A DNA stretch of 63,762 bases from Octopus bimaculoides (Eukaryota). Numbering within the stretch: the stretch's first letter is position 1; each line of letters begins with the position of its first letter. This document shows positions 63,401-63,762 of the stretch, piece by piece. The translations under genes were made by a program, and so were the position numbers. The notes beneath the pieces were generated by a model that had not been told where the DNA came from, did no database searches, and was given only the letters and a program-made list of their open reading frames with translations. The stretch lies in the NCBI RefSeq assembly GCF_001194135.2, contig NC_068982.1, positions 9,009,743-9,073,504 of the forward strand. The letters are read 5' to 3'.

Positions 63401-63762
63401 CATACACAGAATAATCAATTCATGTATTATCATAGTCCAGTCGAGTTAATGAGTTCATTAATGTAGCCCACGCTGAATTTCGGTCGCTTGCTCTTATCCA
63501 TATTTACACATTGAAAGTCCATTAGGAAGTTGAAAAAAAGCAAAAATCCTCCTCATGGCAAATTGACTGCTATTTTTCACATCCTAACGAATTGAGAGTT
63601 GATGGGAGAGAACTTGCTATCCGTTAGGATGTTAAGCATATCACTCAATTTGTCCTGAGGAGGTTATTTTGGTTTTTTCAACTTCATAATGCACTTTAAA
63701 TGAGTAAATATGGACAAGGACAATCAACGAAAACGCAGCGTGCATATATATATATATATATA

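Noticed and set aside
1-63762. CRISPR array, rRNA, or prokaryotic/viral operon
   Set aside because: There are no regularly spaced repeat-spacer arrays, no rRNA-like conserved blocks and no gene-dense segment. Composition is uniformly that of animal repeat-rich DNA.

Overview
Repeat-dense, AT-rich animal genomic DNA, most likely octopus (inferred from the dominant tRNA-headed SINE families and the very high (TA)n/(CA)n density). It comes from a short-read assembly in which nearly every long N gap sits inside a microsatellite. I find no host protein-coding exon that I can support. The ORF-track entries are microsatellite or gap read-throughs, fragments of decayed transposons, or short ORFs with no recognisable motif. 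The window holds about 25 copies of three SINE families, decayed LINEs of several clades (R4/Dong, HERO, Tx1, CR1-like, RTE-like), several Penelope-like elements (PLEs), Tc1/mariner derivatives and three inverted-repeat (TIR) miniature elements. The most interesting structure is at 44.4-46.3 kb, a three-layer nest with target-site duplications (TSDs) still visible: HERO LINE, then a SINE (13-bp TSD), then a complete 1.6-kb retroelement (19-bp TSD, poly(A)) that encodes only a gag-like ORF1 and no reverse transcriptase. A second, 5'-truncated copy splits a mariner at 52.8-53.65 kb. Its ~45-nt 3' tail is shared with one SINE subfamily, suggesting a Tx1 LINE / half-LINE / SINE system using one RT recognition tail. 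Also notable: a minimal, dimer-type hammerhead-ribozyme-like motif with a non-canonical core (29.13 kb), a palindromic mariner derivative, a Merlin-like MITE with a perfect 8-bp TSD, and a possible YY1-type promoter (38.6 kb). Family assignments come from recognising motifs by eye, not from database searches, and the boundaries of decayed elements are approximate.
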